NCBI GenBank assembly: GCA_964402555.1
Contig: CAYOCT010000004.1
Coordinates: 4,124 to 68,123, forward strand
Length of the DNA: 64,000 nucleotides
Direction of reading: 5' to 3'
Origin: an uncultured Nitrospiraceae bacterium
GTDB lineage: Bacteria > Hydrogenedentota > Hydrogenedentia > Hydrogenedentales > SLHB01
A program made the translations under genes and the position numbers. The notes below the pieces were generated by a model. It was not told where the DNA came from. It saw only the letters and a list, made by a program, of their open reading frames with translations, and searched no databases. Numbering within the stretch: the stretch's first letter is position 1; each line of letters begins with the position of its first letter. Positions 1 through 9,055 of this stretch are shown here, piece by piece.

Positions 1-193
1 CGCACTCGGCCTCGCCTCGGACAATCGCGTCCGCGACCTTTTGTCCGAAATCGGGATAGTCGACCGAGTCCGCGCTGAAGGTGCCGCAATCGACAACCTC
101 ATGTCCCAAGCCCTCGATATGCTTGACGAGTTCCGGCTTGTACGGATTCGCTCCCTCGTATCCCGCGTGATCGCAACCCACGGCAATGCGCAT
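1..193 (-). CDS. rpiB: ribose-5-phosphate isomerase B, N-terminal part only; the gene runs off the window start
   Basis: Reverse-complement translation of 1..205 gives MEAAMRIAVGCDHAGYEGANPYKPELVKHIEGLGHEVVDCGTFSADSVDYPDFGQKVADAIVRGEAEC, the typical RpiB/LacAB N-terminus (MRIAVGxDHAG ... DxGT.S..SVDYPDF). It is absent from the ORF track because there is no stop codon inside the window. Confidence 0.6.
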   Translation of the reverse strand, partial: MRIAVGCDHAGYEGANPYKPELVKHIEGLGHEVVDCGTFSADSVDYPDFGQKVADAIVRGEAEC

Positions 194-206
194 GGCCGCC
201 TCCATG

Positions 207-833
207 TTACGGCGTGTTCCGCCATTCTGTCCGGTGATCATTGTAGTAATTCAGGACCGCTTCGGCAATCGCCCCCGCGCGCACGACCGTGCCCGACTCG
301 GGATCGAACAGCGTCGAGGGCGCGCTCGGCGGAAGTTCGCCGCCGTCGATCGCGATGGCGACGCCGGGCAAATCGATCTCCGCGACGGATCGCGCGGGAG
401 GCTGTCCCGCGCGATTGGCCGAGGTCGACGTAATCGCCGATCCCGCCGCGACGCAAAGCGCGCGCGCTATAGGATGCGACGTTTCGCGAACGCACACACG
501 GTTTCCGCCTGCCGTGATAGACTCCGGGACGCGCGCCGATTTTGCGAACAGCATCGACAGCGGGCCGGGCCAGAATGCCTTGGCGAGCGCGGCCGCGGAA
601 TCGGGCACTTCGGCGGCGACGCCGCGCAATTGCGCTTCATCAGCCACCACGAGCAAGACGGGATGATGGGTGTCGCGTCCCTTCGCCTCGAAAAGCCGCG
701 CGATAGCTTCTTCGGAAAACGGATCGACGGCAAGCCCATAGACTGTTTCCGTGGGATACGCGATGACCTCGCCGCGGCGCAGGGCCTCGGCGGCGCAACG
801 TATTCCCTCGTCGTCCGGCCTCACGATTTGCAT
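207..833 (-). CDS. tsaC: L-threonylcarbamoyladenylate synthase (Sua5/YrdC/YwlC family)
   Basis: Part of ORF 207..1061. Translation from the internal Met [54 protein letters not shown]...TSANRAGQPP is the canonical YrdC/Sua5 domain. The long Arg-rich N-terminal extension in the track is probably spurious, so the start was set at the internal ATG. Confidence 0.75.
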   Translation of the reverse strand: MQIVRPDDEGIRCAAEALRRGEVIAYPTETVYGLAVDPFSEEAIARLFEAKGRDTHHPVLLVVADEAQLRGVAAEVPDSAAALAKAFWPGPLSMLFAKSARVPESITAGGNRVCVRETSHPIARALCVAAGSAITSTSANRAGQPPARSVAEIDLPGVAIAIDGGELPPSAPSTLFDPESGTVVRAGAIAEAVLNYYNDHRTEWRNTP

Positions 834-1426
834 GACAGGGCTTCCAGGTACGCGCGGAGTTTGCGCAGTGCGCGCCCGCGATGGCTGACACGGATCTTGG
901 CCTCGGGCGAAAGCTCCCCGAAGGTTTCCGTGAAGCCTTCCGGAACGAACACCGGGTCGTAGCCGAAGCCGCGCGCGCCGCGCCCCTCGAATGCAATGCG
1001 TCCTTCGACTTCGCCTCGTTCGAGATGCGCTTCGCAACCGGGCCGGACGAACGCGATGCAACAGACGAACCGGGCCGTGCGCGCGCCCTCAGGCACGTCG
1101 CGCATCGCGCTCAAGAGTTTCGCCGTGCGGTCCGCGTCGGTGCCGTGTTCTCCCGCATACCGCGCCGAGTGAATCCCGGGCGCGCCGTCGAGCGCGTCGA
1201 CGACAAGGCCGGAATCGTCCGCCACACAGCACACAGTGAAACGTTCGCTGAAGTACGAAGCCTTCTTGATCGCGTTGGCCTCGAACGTGTCGCCGTCCTC
1301 GATGGGTTCGGGCACGGAAGGATAATCGGCAAGCGACTTCACGTCCCACGCGAGGTCGTGCAACAGCAGCGCAAGTTCCGCCGCTTTGCCCCGGTTGCCC
1401 GTGCCGATCAGAAGCGGCTCACGCAC
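821..1426 (-). CDS. rdgB: non-canonical purine NTP pyrophosphatase (dITP/XTP pyrophosphatase, Ham1/RdgB family)
   Basis: 201-aa [21 protein letters not shown]...[34 protein letters not shown] shows typical Ham1/RdgB motifs. It overlaps rph by 8 nt, the classic rph-rdgB operon arrangement. Confidence 0.85.
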   Translation of the reverse strand: MREPLLIGTGNRGKAAELALLLHDLAWDVKSLADYPSVPEPIEDGDTFEANAIKKASYFSERFTVCCVADDSGLVVDALDGAPGIHSARYAGEHGTDADRTAKLLSAMRDVPEGARTARFVCCIAFVRPGCEAHLERGEVEGRIAFEGRGARGFGYDPVFVPEGFTETFGELSPEAKIRVSHRGRALRKLRAYLEALSCKS

Positions 1427-2129
1427 GTTCGAGCGCCTCGTTCTGAATACGCATCAGCGAGCGGATGCCGGCCGCGCCCGCGTCGAGCATTTGATCCAGA
1501 AGCGTTCTCGAAAACGCCGCGCCCTCGGCGCTTCCCTGGATCTCGATGAACGTGCCGTCTTCGCGCATGACCAGATTCATGTCCACGTCCGCGCGGAAAT
1601 CCTCTTCGTAACACAGGTCCAGCCGCGCCTCGCCATCGACCACGCCGACGCTGACGGCGGCGCATTGGCCGATCATCGGCAGCCGCGGCAGGCTCCCGCG
1701 CTTGACCAGCACGCTCAGCGCGTCATGAAGCGCGACGTACGCGCCGGTAATCGACGCGGTGCGCGTGCCGCCATCGGCTTGCAGTACGTCGCAATCGACG
1801 ATGACCTGCCGTTCGCCCAGCGCGGTCAGGTCCATGACGCAACGCAACGACCTGCCAATCAAGCGGCTGATTTCGAGGGCGCGTCCCTTCTTGACGTTGT
1901 CGCGGATCGTGCGCTCCTGCGTCGAGCGCGGCAGCATGCCGTACTCGGCAGTCACCCATCCCTTGCCCGTGTCGCGCAGAAAATACGGCACCTGTTCGCC
2001 AATTGAGGCGGTGCATAGCACCTTCGTATCCCCGAACGCCACGAGCACGGAACCTTCCGCGAACTTGGTGTAATGCCGCGTGATGGATACGGGCCGCAGT
2101 TCGTCGAGAGCTCGGTCGCCGGGACGCAT
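1419..2129 (-). CDS. rph: ribonuclease PH
   Basis: 236-aa [80 protein letters not shown]... matches RNase PH along its length. Confidence 0.9.
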   Translation of the reverse strand: MRPGDRALDELRPVSITRHYTKFAEGSVLVAFGDTKVLCTASIGEQVPYFLRDTGKGWVTAEYGMLPRSTQERTIRDNVKKGRALEISRLIGRSLRCVMDLTALGERQVIVDCDVLQADGGTRTASITGAYVALHDALSVLVKRGSLPRLPMIGQCAAVSVGVVDGEARLDLCYEEDFRADVDMNLVMREDGTFIEIQGSAEGAAFSRTLLDQMLDAGAAGIRSLMRIQNEALERA

Positions 2130-2138
2130 CGGGCCGCT

Positions 2139-3617
2139 CTACTTCTCGGGCGCCGGCGCGTCGTCGGGAGGCTCGCTGGCATCGAGCGGCAGCTCTTCCA
2201 CGGATTCCTTCGCGGGGCCTTCCACCAGGACCTTGTCCGGCGGGGCCGCCACTTGCGTCTCGTGCGGATCCTTGTGGTATTTCGCGAGCAGGTTTGCGAA
2301 TACCGAATCCTCGTTGAGGATATCGACCGCGCGTTTCAACTGCGTGTCTTCCACGGTCTTCTCTCCGACTTCGTTGCCGGTGACTCCGCCGTGGTTCTGC
2401 TCGTTGGTGAGTTTGGCGTCGTCCTTTACCGAGTCGAACATCTGCCGCAGCAGTGCAATCTCATCTTTCCGCGACATGTCGACCTCGACGTCCGGCTTGA
2501 TGCCCGCGCCGTCGATCGTGACTTCCGCGGGCGTGTAATACAGCGCCGTCGTCAGACGCAACGCGCTCTCGGCCGGATGCGCCAGCGGGATCACCGTCTG
2601 CACGCTGCCTTTGCCATACGTCTTCTCGCCGACGAAGATGGCCCGCGCCCAGAATTGAAGCGCGCCCGTAGTGATTTCACCGGCGCTTGCCGTGTTGTCG
2701 TTGGCAAGCACGATGATCGGGAACGTCTCCGGGAGCAGTGGCGCTTTGTCCGTAAAGAGCTTCATATTCTCGGTCGCGTTCAGGCGTCCGCCTTTGCGCC
2801 CCTGCGTATACGTGACCAGCGTGTTCTTGGGCAGGAAGAGGTCGCACACGTCTTTAGGCGCGCTCAACAGGCCGCCCGGATTCCAACGCAGATCCAGTAT
2901 CAAGGAGGTCATGCCCTTGTCCAGCAACTCCTTCACATTCTTCTCGAGGTCCTTGGCCGTGTTGTCCTTGAAATCGCTGATCCGGACATACCCGATCGTT
3001 TTGTCGATCAGACGCGCTTCCTTGATGCTCTCCAAAGGAACCGGCGCGCGCTTGATGTCGAATTCGAGCTGCTCGCCCTCGCCCTTGTCGTGCCGGCGCC
3101 AGACCGTGACCTTCACCATCGAATCGCGCGGCCCGCGGATGCGCTTGGCCACCTCGTCGAGCGACATGCCCATGGTCGATACGCCGTCGACTTTGGTAAT
3201 CAGGTCGTTGGCGATGATGCCCACTTTCGCCGCCGGCGAACCGGCGATGGGCTGATAGACCAGGATGTTCTTGTCTTCGTCGAAACGTATCTGGACGCCG
3301 ATACCAAGGAACTCGCCTTTGGTCTCTTCACGCATCCGCTGGTAGGCTTCCGAGGTGATGTAGGAGCTGTGGAGGTCCAGCGAATTCATCATCCCCGTCA
3401 GCGCGCCTTCGACGAGCCGATCGATGTTCGGCTCCTTGACGTACTCGTCCTGGATGATGCTCAGGACCTGCCCGATGGGTTCGATGGCCGTATAGACGTC
3501 GGCCTGCTTGCTCCCGGCGTCGATGCGCGCGGTAAACCCGTTCGTCAGGACAAGAAACACGACCACCAGGAATCCCAACAACGAAAGGAATTCCAGTTTG
3601 CTGTGACGATTTCGCAA
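2139..3617 (-). CDS. S41-family carboxy-terminal processing peptidase (PDZ domain, CtpA/Prc-like)
   Basis: 492-aa ORF with an N-terminal TM/signal (LLGFLVVVFLVL), a PDZ region (GIGVQIRFDEDKNILVYQPIAGSPAAKVGI) and the S41 catalytic region (VLANDNTASAGEI ... KTYGKG). The 569-aa plus-strand ORF at 2073..3782 is Arg-rich antisense noise. Confidence 0.85.
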   Translation of the reverse strand: MRNRHSKLEFLSLLGFLVVVFLVLTNGFTARIDAGSKQADVYTAIEPIGQVLSIIQDEYVKEPNIDRLVEGALTGMMNSLDLHSSYITSEAYQRMREETKGEFLGIGVQIRFDEDKNILVYQPIAGSPAAKVGIIANDLITKVDGVSTMGMSLDEVAKRIRGPRDSMVKVTVWRRHDKGEGEQLEFDIKRAPVPLESIKEARLIDKTIGYVRISDFKDNTAKDLEKNVKELLDKGMTSLILDLRWNPGGLLSAPKDVCDLFLPKNTLVTYTQGRKGGRLNATENMKLFTDKAPLLPETFPIIVLANDNTASAGEITTGALQFWARAIFVGEKTYGKGSVQTVIPLAHPAESALRLTTALYYTPAEVTIDGAGIKPDVEVDMSRKDEIALLRQMFDSVKDDAKLTNEQNHGGVTGNEVGEKTVEDTQLKRAVDILNEDSVFANLLAKYHKDPHETQVAAPPDKVLVEGPAKESVEELPLDASEPPDDAPAPEK

Positions 3618-3735
3618 GCTACACCTCCTGAAAACCTGGTCGATTGGCAGTCCGCCGCGGCCAGGAAAATGACGTGCCCTATCGTTAAAGGACTATACCA
3701 GAAGCGCGCGCGGGATTGCGAACGGTATCGCGCTA

Positions 3736-4656
3736 TTAGAATCCCGCCGAGTGGCTGGCAACTTCCTGCGGGGAACCCTTGAACCACAGGATCTTGCCTC
3801 GGAGGGCGCGCTTGGAGTGGGGGGGGATGCCGCCGATATTGACGATCGCGTGAAGACAATCCGCCGGATGATGGTCGGTGACGTGGCTGGTCGCTTCCCA
3901 GCGGATGCCGCATACCCAAGTCTTGTCTTTGTCCGCGCGTACAATCGTGCCGTCATCGACCGGTTCGAGCATTTTGGCGTGATACGGCCCTACTTCCGGC
4001 ATCGATTCCAGATGCCCGCCGGTGCGTTCCGTATCGATCGCCAGGCCGCGCGGCGTCCGCGCCCCGACGGTTTCTTTCAAGGCGGGCAGCGCCTCCCACG
4101 CGCCCCGTCGCGGGACATAGGTCAGGCTCGTCTTGACGGCGGCCTCCTTTTCGGGGCCTTGCCACAGGTCGAACTCGCTGAACGCGGGCGTCTCCGCGAT
4201 GGCCCGGCGCCACGCCTGGTTTGTCACGCCCCCCATGCGAAAACACTGCTGCACGCCGTAGTAGCGGTTCAGCCCCGTTTCGTTGGTCTCGACGACCCAC
4301 AGCATCTCGACACCGTCCTCGACAGGCACGAGATAGTGCTTCCATTGTTGCTGCGCCCATTCGGCTTCCCGAACGTCGGTCACGTGGACCACGACGCCGG
4401 TGCGGGCGGCAAAGGAGGCCTCGAGCCGCGCCACGGATTCCGGGTCGATCCCTGCGGCAGCGTTGTCAGCGGGCACGTCTCCCCAAACCATCGGCGTGTG
4501 TTCATGGAAGCGATACCCGATGCGGTTGCCGGGATGCAACCGGTTCGTGAAGGTCGCATAGCCGCCTTTTTCGGCGAGATCGACGGTGATGGGAGGCGAT
4601 GGGGCGGCATGAACGAGCACCGGCACGACGAACCAGACGAGGCTAACCATGATCAA
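3736..4656 (-). CDS. hypothetical secreted protein
   Basis: 306-aa ORF with a signal peptide (MIMVSLVWFVVPVLVHAAP) and no recognisable family. It shares an ATGA stop/start overlap with the upstream AAA ATPase gene. Confidence 0.5.
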   Translation of the reverse strand: MIMVSLVWFVVPVLVHAAPSPPITVDLAEKGGYATFTNRLHPGNRIGYRFHEHTPMVWGDVPADNAAAGIDPESVARLEASFAARTGVVVHVTDVREAEWAQQQWKHYLVPVEDGVEMLWVVETNETGLNRYYGVQQCFRMGGVTNQAWRRAIAETPAFSEFDLWQGPEKEAAVKTSLTYVPRRGAWEALPALKETVGARTPRGLAIDTERTGGHLESMPEVGPYHAKMLEPVDDGTIVRADKDKTWVCGIRWEATSHVTDHHPADCLHAIVNIGGIPPHSKRALRGKILWFKGSPQEVASHSAGF

Positions 4657-6467
4657 CGAATGCCTTTCATTTCGAGCCGGCGGATTTCCTCCGCCCAGGC
4701 CTCGCGATCGCTCGCGGTCACATTCGGGTTGGGCAGCAAGCTCTTGCGCGTGCAGTTCACGAGAGCCTGGAGCGTTTGATAGCGCCGGGTCTCGGCGATG
4801 GCCGGCGGAATCTGGTCGCCGATGGTCGCGATAATGGCGGCGAAGTCCAGCGCGCCATGATTGCGTTTCGCGCGCGCCTTGAGTTCCGAACGCAACGCGG
4901 AGAAGCTCGAGGTCGAATAGCCTTGTGTAGCCGCGTCAAGCTGGACGGATTCCTCGGCAGACAGCGCGCGTTGGAGCGCGGGCGCGACAGTCCATTCGAG
5001 AAACGCCTTTCGGTCGTCGCCCTCGGGGTCGAGAATCGGGATGATTAGGTCGCCGGTCCGGCCCGGCCGCCGGATATCCGGAGACAACAAGTGGATTCGC
5101 GCGGTCATCAAGAGCCAGATGACGCGCCCGCGCAGGCGCGTATCCGACATCATCGCCTGGATCTTGCCCGTGAGCCGGCGCTCCGTTTCATGCGAATCCG
5201 GCCCGACGCCGCCGAATTGCGTGTCGGCTTCGTCGACGAAGATCACGACCTTGGACAGCGCTTCAAGCACGCGCTGCAACCGTTCAAGGGTAACATCGGT
5301 CTGGCCGAACCACTGGCTGCGGATGTTCTTCAGCACGAGGACGACCATGTCGAGGTCGGCCGCGAGCGCCTCAAAGATGAACGTCTTGCCCGCGCCGATC
5401 GGACCGCACACCGCCGCGCCTGGAAGGGCGTCGTCGCCGCTGCTGGCAAACCTCGGCACGAGTTCCTCTTTCAGAAACGCCTTGAGCCGCGTGTAGCCGA
5501 TCACGCTGTCCAATCCGTGCTCGGGTTTCTTGAATTCGACAATATCGTCGCCCAACTGGCCCTGGATGAAGTCCTCGACCTTCTCGACGACCTCCGCCTG
5601 CCGCAATTCGCGATCTTCGTGCACCGCGCCCTTCAGCAGTTGCGACAAGGCGTGGATCGACAATCCGGCGGTGAGTTTCGCCAGCGTTTCCGGCGCGCTC
5701 CACAGTTTGAGTTTCTTGCCGTCCTTCTGGCGCTCGTCGAACCACGCGATGAAATGGCCGCGGACCGGTTCGTCGGGCGACGGCACGGGCACTTCGAGGA
5801 TCTCGGGCAGGCGCGCCACGTGCTGATTGATCTGGCTTCTCGATTCGCACAGCAGCACGACGCTGTCGTCGCCGTTGATGAAATCCGGATCCGAGAACCA
5901 GTCGTGGCAGATGCCCACCCGGTGGCGGTCCACGCCGGATAGCGAGGTGACCTCGCCTGGCGGCAGCATCAGGTCGGCCCCTTCGACGATCACGACTAGG
6001 CGTTCGGGAAGCAGTTCGCGTTCGCCGGGACGCAGCCTCGAGCAGAGGCACAACTGGCGGAGGAATTCGAGCGCGAGTGTAGGGTTGCCCGTGGCCGCAT
6101 CGAGATTGGCGTCGAACGCTTCGGCCGTGGCCGTTTGCCGCGCGGCCGTCTTCGCGGCCGACAGCATCCGTTTGATCGCGAGGTCGTCGGCGTCAAGCCC
6201 CGTACGCCATTTGAGCCACGCGTCGCGGACCTTGTCCAAGTCGGCCTTGCTTGCGAAGCGAATCGGGCCGTTGACTTCGTACACGACGAGGATTACACCC
6301 GGCACGGACCACTTGGCGCACAGGAATTCGATCAGCGACAGGTAGTCGCTCTTGGTTTCAAGGTAGAACAGGTCGTAGATGTTCCCCGTAACGAGGATCG
6401 AGCGCGACTGGCCCGAGTTGATGATCCGGCCCAAACGGTTCACAAAGGGGTAGTCTGGCGTTGTCAT
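4653..6467 (-). CDS. AAA+ family ATPase with a long N-terminal region of unknown function
   Basis: 604-aa ORF. The C-terminal half has Walker A (GPIGAGKTF), Walker B (VIFVDEAD) and an arginine-finger region (LLMTARIHLLSPDIRRPGRTGD). The N-terminal ~330 aa resembles a degenerate nucleotide-binding fold (SILVTGNIYD ... LVVIVEGADLM) with no canonical motifs. Confidence 0.7.
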   Translation of the reverse strand: MTTPDYPFVNRLGRIINSGQSRSILVTGNIYDLFYLETKSDYLSLIEFLCAKWSVPGVILVVYEVNGPIRFASKADLDKVRDAWLKWRTGLDADDLAIKRMLSAAKTAARQTATAEAFDANLDAATGNPTLALEFLRQLCLCSRLRPGERELLPERLVVIVEGADLMLPPGEVTSLSGVDRHRVGICHDWFSDPDFINGDDSVVLLCESRSQINQHVARLPEILEVPVPSPDEPVRGHFIAWFDERQKDGKKLKLWSAPETLAKLTAGLSIHALSQLLKGAVHEDRELRQAEVVEKVEDFIQGQLGDDIVEFKKPEHGLDSVIGYTRLKAFLKEELVPRFASSGDDALPGAAVCGPIGAGKTFIFEALAADLDMVVLVLKNIRSQWFGQTDVTLERLQRVLEALSKVVIFVDEADTQFGGVGPDSHETERRLTGKIQAMMSDTRLRGRVIWLLMTARIHLLSPDIRRPGRTGDLIIPILDPEGDDRKAFLEWTVAPALQRALSAEESVQLDAATQGYSTSSFSALRSELKARAKRNHGALDFAAIIATIGDQIPPAIAETRRYQTLQALVNCTRKSLLPNPNVTASDREAWAEEIRRLEMKGIR

Positions 6468-6555
6468 CGAGCTGCTCTCCGGGGTGTTTCACGGCGGCTG
6501 AGACGCGCGGCATGCCGCTCCATTGATCACGTTGGCGCCTCTTTGTCGAGTTGCG

Positions 6556-6638
6556 TGTCATTACGAGCGCAGCGAAGCAATCTCCCAAGCTTTCACACGC
6601 GACCCCCGAGAGATTGCTTCGCTGCGCTCGAAATGACA
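6556..6638. repeat. REP/MITE-like imperfect palindrome, copy 1 of 3 (arms GTGTCATTACGAGCGCAGCGAAGCAATCTC, ~30 bp, ~23-bp spacer)
   Basis: The inverted repeat is read directly from the sequence with one arm mismatch. Its core is shared with the elements at 13306..13411 and 15476..15565. It lies in the intergenic region between the AAA ATPase and pspA. Confidence 0.7.
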
Positions 6639-6685
6639 CGCGTATCACGGTGTTTGACAGCGATCTGTGGTTCGCGATCTCGTCC

Positions 6686-7513
6686 CTACTCGGGCAATCC
6701 CGTCGCCTGTTCTTTCTGTTCTGGCTGCGGCGCGGCCTTCTCGGCGGACGCGGCCAGGCCGATCAGGGCGTCGAATTCCTTGTTGGACTCAGACTTCCGC
6801 GCGAACTCGAGGAACTCCGCCTCCTGCGCGCGCGTGTCCGTGCCCGCCATCTCGCGTGAGATGCGCGCTTCGGCCTTGACTTCCTGCCGCAACTGGCGCA
6901 GGCGCTGCAACTCTTCGGACGTGCCATCCTTGGCGATACCCGTCAACGTGTCGGCGAGGTCCTTCTCTTCTTTCGCGCTGATAACCTCGGCGACCGCATC
7001 GACCTGTTCCGCGCGCAGCTTGTCCAAGTCCCGCAACAGCGACTGCAACTGGACCTTGTGATCGGCGATCCGCGAGCCGTAGTCCTTGATGTCGTTTTCG
7101 AGTTCCTCGATCCGCGACTGCTTTTCGGCCAGCGTGGACGAGAAATCCTTGAACGCCGCCTGGCAGCGCAGATACTCCTCGTCCTTCTGAATATCGTCCG
7201 TCGACTTGCCGGCGGCCTGGAGTGCCTGGACCTTCTGCTTGGCTTTCGCGAGCGCGCCGGACTTGAGGTTCTCCAGTTTCTGGACCTCCTCCGTCAGCGT
7301 CTTGACCTTCTGCATCTTCGTTTCTTGCTGCGCGATCAAGCCCGCGACCGCCTGCTTGTACTGCTGGATGCTGCCCGTCTTCTCGCGCAGGATCTCGTCG
7401 TATTTCGCGCGCATGACATGCGGATTCATGTCCAGCGTTCTACGCGCCGCGTCAAGCTGCCCCGTCAACAAGTAACCGACAGCCTTAATCCATCGCGCCA
7501 ATGCCCCGAACAT
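6686..7513 (-). CDS. pspA: PspA/IM30 (phage shock protein A / Vipp1) family protein
   Basis: 275-aa coiled-coil ORF starting MFGALARWIKAVGYLLTGQLDAARRTLDMNPHVMRAKYDEILRE, the characteristic PspA/IM30 N-terminus. Confidence 0.8.
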   Translation of the reverse strand: MFGALARWIKAVGYLLTGQLDAARRTLDMNPHVMRAKYDEILREKTGSIQQYKQAVAGLIAQQETKMQKVKTLTEEVQKLENLKSGALAKAKQKVQALQAAGKSTDDIQKDEEYLRCQAAFKDFSSTLAEKQSRIEELENDIKDYGSRIADHKVQLQSLLRDLDKLRAEQVDAVAEVISAKEEKDLADTLTGIAKDGTSEELQRLRQLRQEVKAEARISREMAGTDTRAQEAEFLEFARKSESNKEFDALIGLAASAEKAAPQPEQKEQATGLPE

Positions 7514-7558
7514 AGATGCGTTCCTCCTTTCGAGAACGTGTGATCGTCTGAAACATCA

Positions 7559-7750
7559 CTACTCCGAGCCTAAGTTCGGAGTCTCGCCACTATATTGAAA
7601 ATGCTTGAGGTAAAGCGCTGTGGCTTCCTCGATATTGGCAATCGCTTCTTGGACGGTTTTCCCTTGGCTTACGGTGCCCACTTCGGGGCATTCCGCCACA
7701 CACAAGTCGCCTTCCCAATGCAGGACTGTGGAAAACACACGGCCATGCAT
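7559..7750 (-). CDS. HicB-like antitoxin family protein (UPF0150), orphan with no adjacent HicA
   Basis: 63-aa ORF FSTVLHWEGDLCVAECPEVGTVSQGKTVQEAIANIEEATALYLKH matches the HicB/UPF0150 pattern (E.dG.y.A..P.lpG....G.T.eEAl.n..eAl.lyLe). AGGAGG lies 7 nt upstream of the ATG. The flanks (45 nt and 110 nt) leave no room for a HicA partner. Confidence 0.6.
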   Translation of the reverse strand: MHGRVFSTVLHWEGDLCVAECPEVGTVSQGKTVQEAIANIEEATALYLKHFQYSGETPNLGSE

Positions 7751-7800
7751 CCCGACACCTCCTGTAAATGCATGTCTTTCCGTTGTTACCGGGCTGGAGT

Positions 7801-7829
7801 GATTATGCTTGAATCCTGACGGTTCGTCA
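7801..7829 (-). promoter_or_regulatory. sigma70-like promoter for the hicB-like gene (-35 TTGACG, 17-nt spacer, -10 CATAAT)
   Basis: The minus-strand reading aaTTGACGaaccgtcaggattcaagCATAATcactcc lies ~50 nt upstream of the start codon. Confidence 0.4.
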
Positions 7830-7859
7830 ATTGTCGACTTAGCTGCAGGAGATTCCGAG

Positions 7860-8993
7860 TTATCCGAGCTTCATCGAGTCCGCTTCGACTTCGAAGAGCA
7901 GATCGTCGCGGCAGACATCTTGATGCACGCAGAGCACGGGGAGTTGCGCAAGGCCCTGCGACTCGCAGTATCGCCGGAAGGGGGGAGTCTGCGTGCCGTC
8001 TTTGAAGTACGCGATGGCGCGCGTGACGTCGGACCATTCCATGCCGCGTTCCTGGAGGATCGCTTCGACGACTTCCATGGTGCGCGCGATCTGCGCGTCG
8101 ATATCGCCGACATACTGGGTCGCGCCTTCGGGCGCGATGCTTGCGGTGCCCGATACGGTCAACCGGCGCGCGCCATCCGGAGTTGCGACTTCGAGGGCCC
8201 GGCTGAACGCGCTCCCGTACTCGATAGCAGGGCATTGCAGTGGCGAAGGCACGGCGAACGCGCGAACGCCGGCGTGCTTCGGGCGGACGGCGAACGCGTG
8301 CGCGGTGAGCGCGGCGCCGGCCGGGTTGCATCCGCCGATGCCCGTGCTGGCCGGAACGACCGCGTGAAAGAGCTCCAGGCGGTTAAAGAACGCGGTGCGC
8401 GCCTGGTTGAACGGACCGTACCATTCGAGGATTCGGCGGTTGTAGAACCACGTCCGCACCACGTCGCGAAAATCCATATCGAGCGCGTGCAATGTCGATT
8501 GCATGCGGTCGAACACTGCCGCGGCCTGATCGTAGGGCGATGCCTCGGCGTCAGGCGGGACCATGCCCCCGATGACACCGTAACGGGCGAACGCATCTTC
8601 AAAGACGCACCCCACGACATCGCCGCCGCATTCATGCGCTGACACGTCGCAACCGGCCACTGCCCACACCTGCGTTCCGCCGATACCCCCGAGATTTTCC
8701 GCGCCGTCTTCGACCCACGTCACGGGCCAGCGCGGCTCGCCCAAGGAGGCGCGTAACGCGGGGAGGCCCACGACGTCGCGCGGAATGCCGAACACTTCCT
8801 GCGATAGAGGTCGCGCTCCGCGCCGTTCGAGGGTCTTGGCAACGCGGGCAAACATCGCTTCCGGGGCCGCATGGTCTTCACGCGACGCCGTGACGAAGAT
8901 CTCCTCGATGCCGTTTCTGCGCGCGCGGACCTCATGCAGACCGGGAGCGCAACTACGTTCGATTAGGGCTGACGGGGCCAACGCTTCCTTCAT
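7860..8993 (-). CDS. RidA/YjgF-like superfamily protein with two YjgF-like domains (possibly chorismatase-like)
   Basis: Part of ORF 7860..9059. The C-terminal region VSGTASIAPEGATQYVGDIDAQIARTMEVVEAILQERGMEWSDVTRAIAYFKD is a typical RidA signature. The N-terminal half has a similar fold-like pattern. The start was set at the internal Met MKEALAPS. Confidence 0.55.
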   Translation of the reverse strand: MKEALAPSALIERSCAPGLHEVRARRNGIEEIFVTASREDHAAPEAMFARVAKTLERRGARPLSQEVFGIPRDVVGLPALRASLGEPRWPVTWVEDGAENLGGIGGTQVWAVAGCDVSAHECGGDVVGCVFEDAFARYGVIGGMVPPDAEASPYDQAAAVFDRMQSTLHALDMDFRDVVRTWFYNRRILEWYGPFNQARTAFFNRLELFHAVVPASTGIGGCNPAGAALTAHAFAVRPKHAGVRAFAVPSPLQCPAIEYGSAFSRALEVATPDGARRLTVSGTASIAPEGATQYVGDIDAQIARTMEVVEAILQERGMEWSDVTRAIAYFKDGTQTPPFRRYCESQGLAQLPVLCVHQDVCRDDLLFEVEADSMKLG

Positions 8994-9055
8994 ACTTCTA
9001 CATCCGATCGGTTTTGCACTGTCCAGGGATCGTGAATGGCGTGCACTATAGCATT

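Noticed and set aside
2073-3782. A 569-aa plus-strand ORF and other very long ORFs antisense to clearly annotated genes (also 26211..27803-, 49946..51595-, 56009..57772-, 59584..61488+, 43228..44292-, 39590..40678+, 18344..19291-)
   Set aside because: All are Arg/Ala/Gly/Pro-rich with no motifs, and each overlaps a gene with strong family signatures on the opposite strand. These are the usual stop-codon-poor antisense frames of a high-GC genome.
7786-8331. A 181-aa minus-strand ORF considered as a possible HicA partner upstream of the hicB-like gene
   Set aside because: It overlaps the RidA-like gene in another frame, is Arg-rich, and shows no YcfA/HicA motif. Only 110 nt separate hicB from the next real gene.
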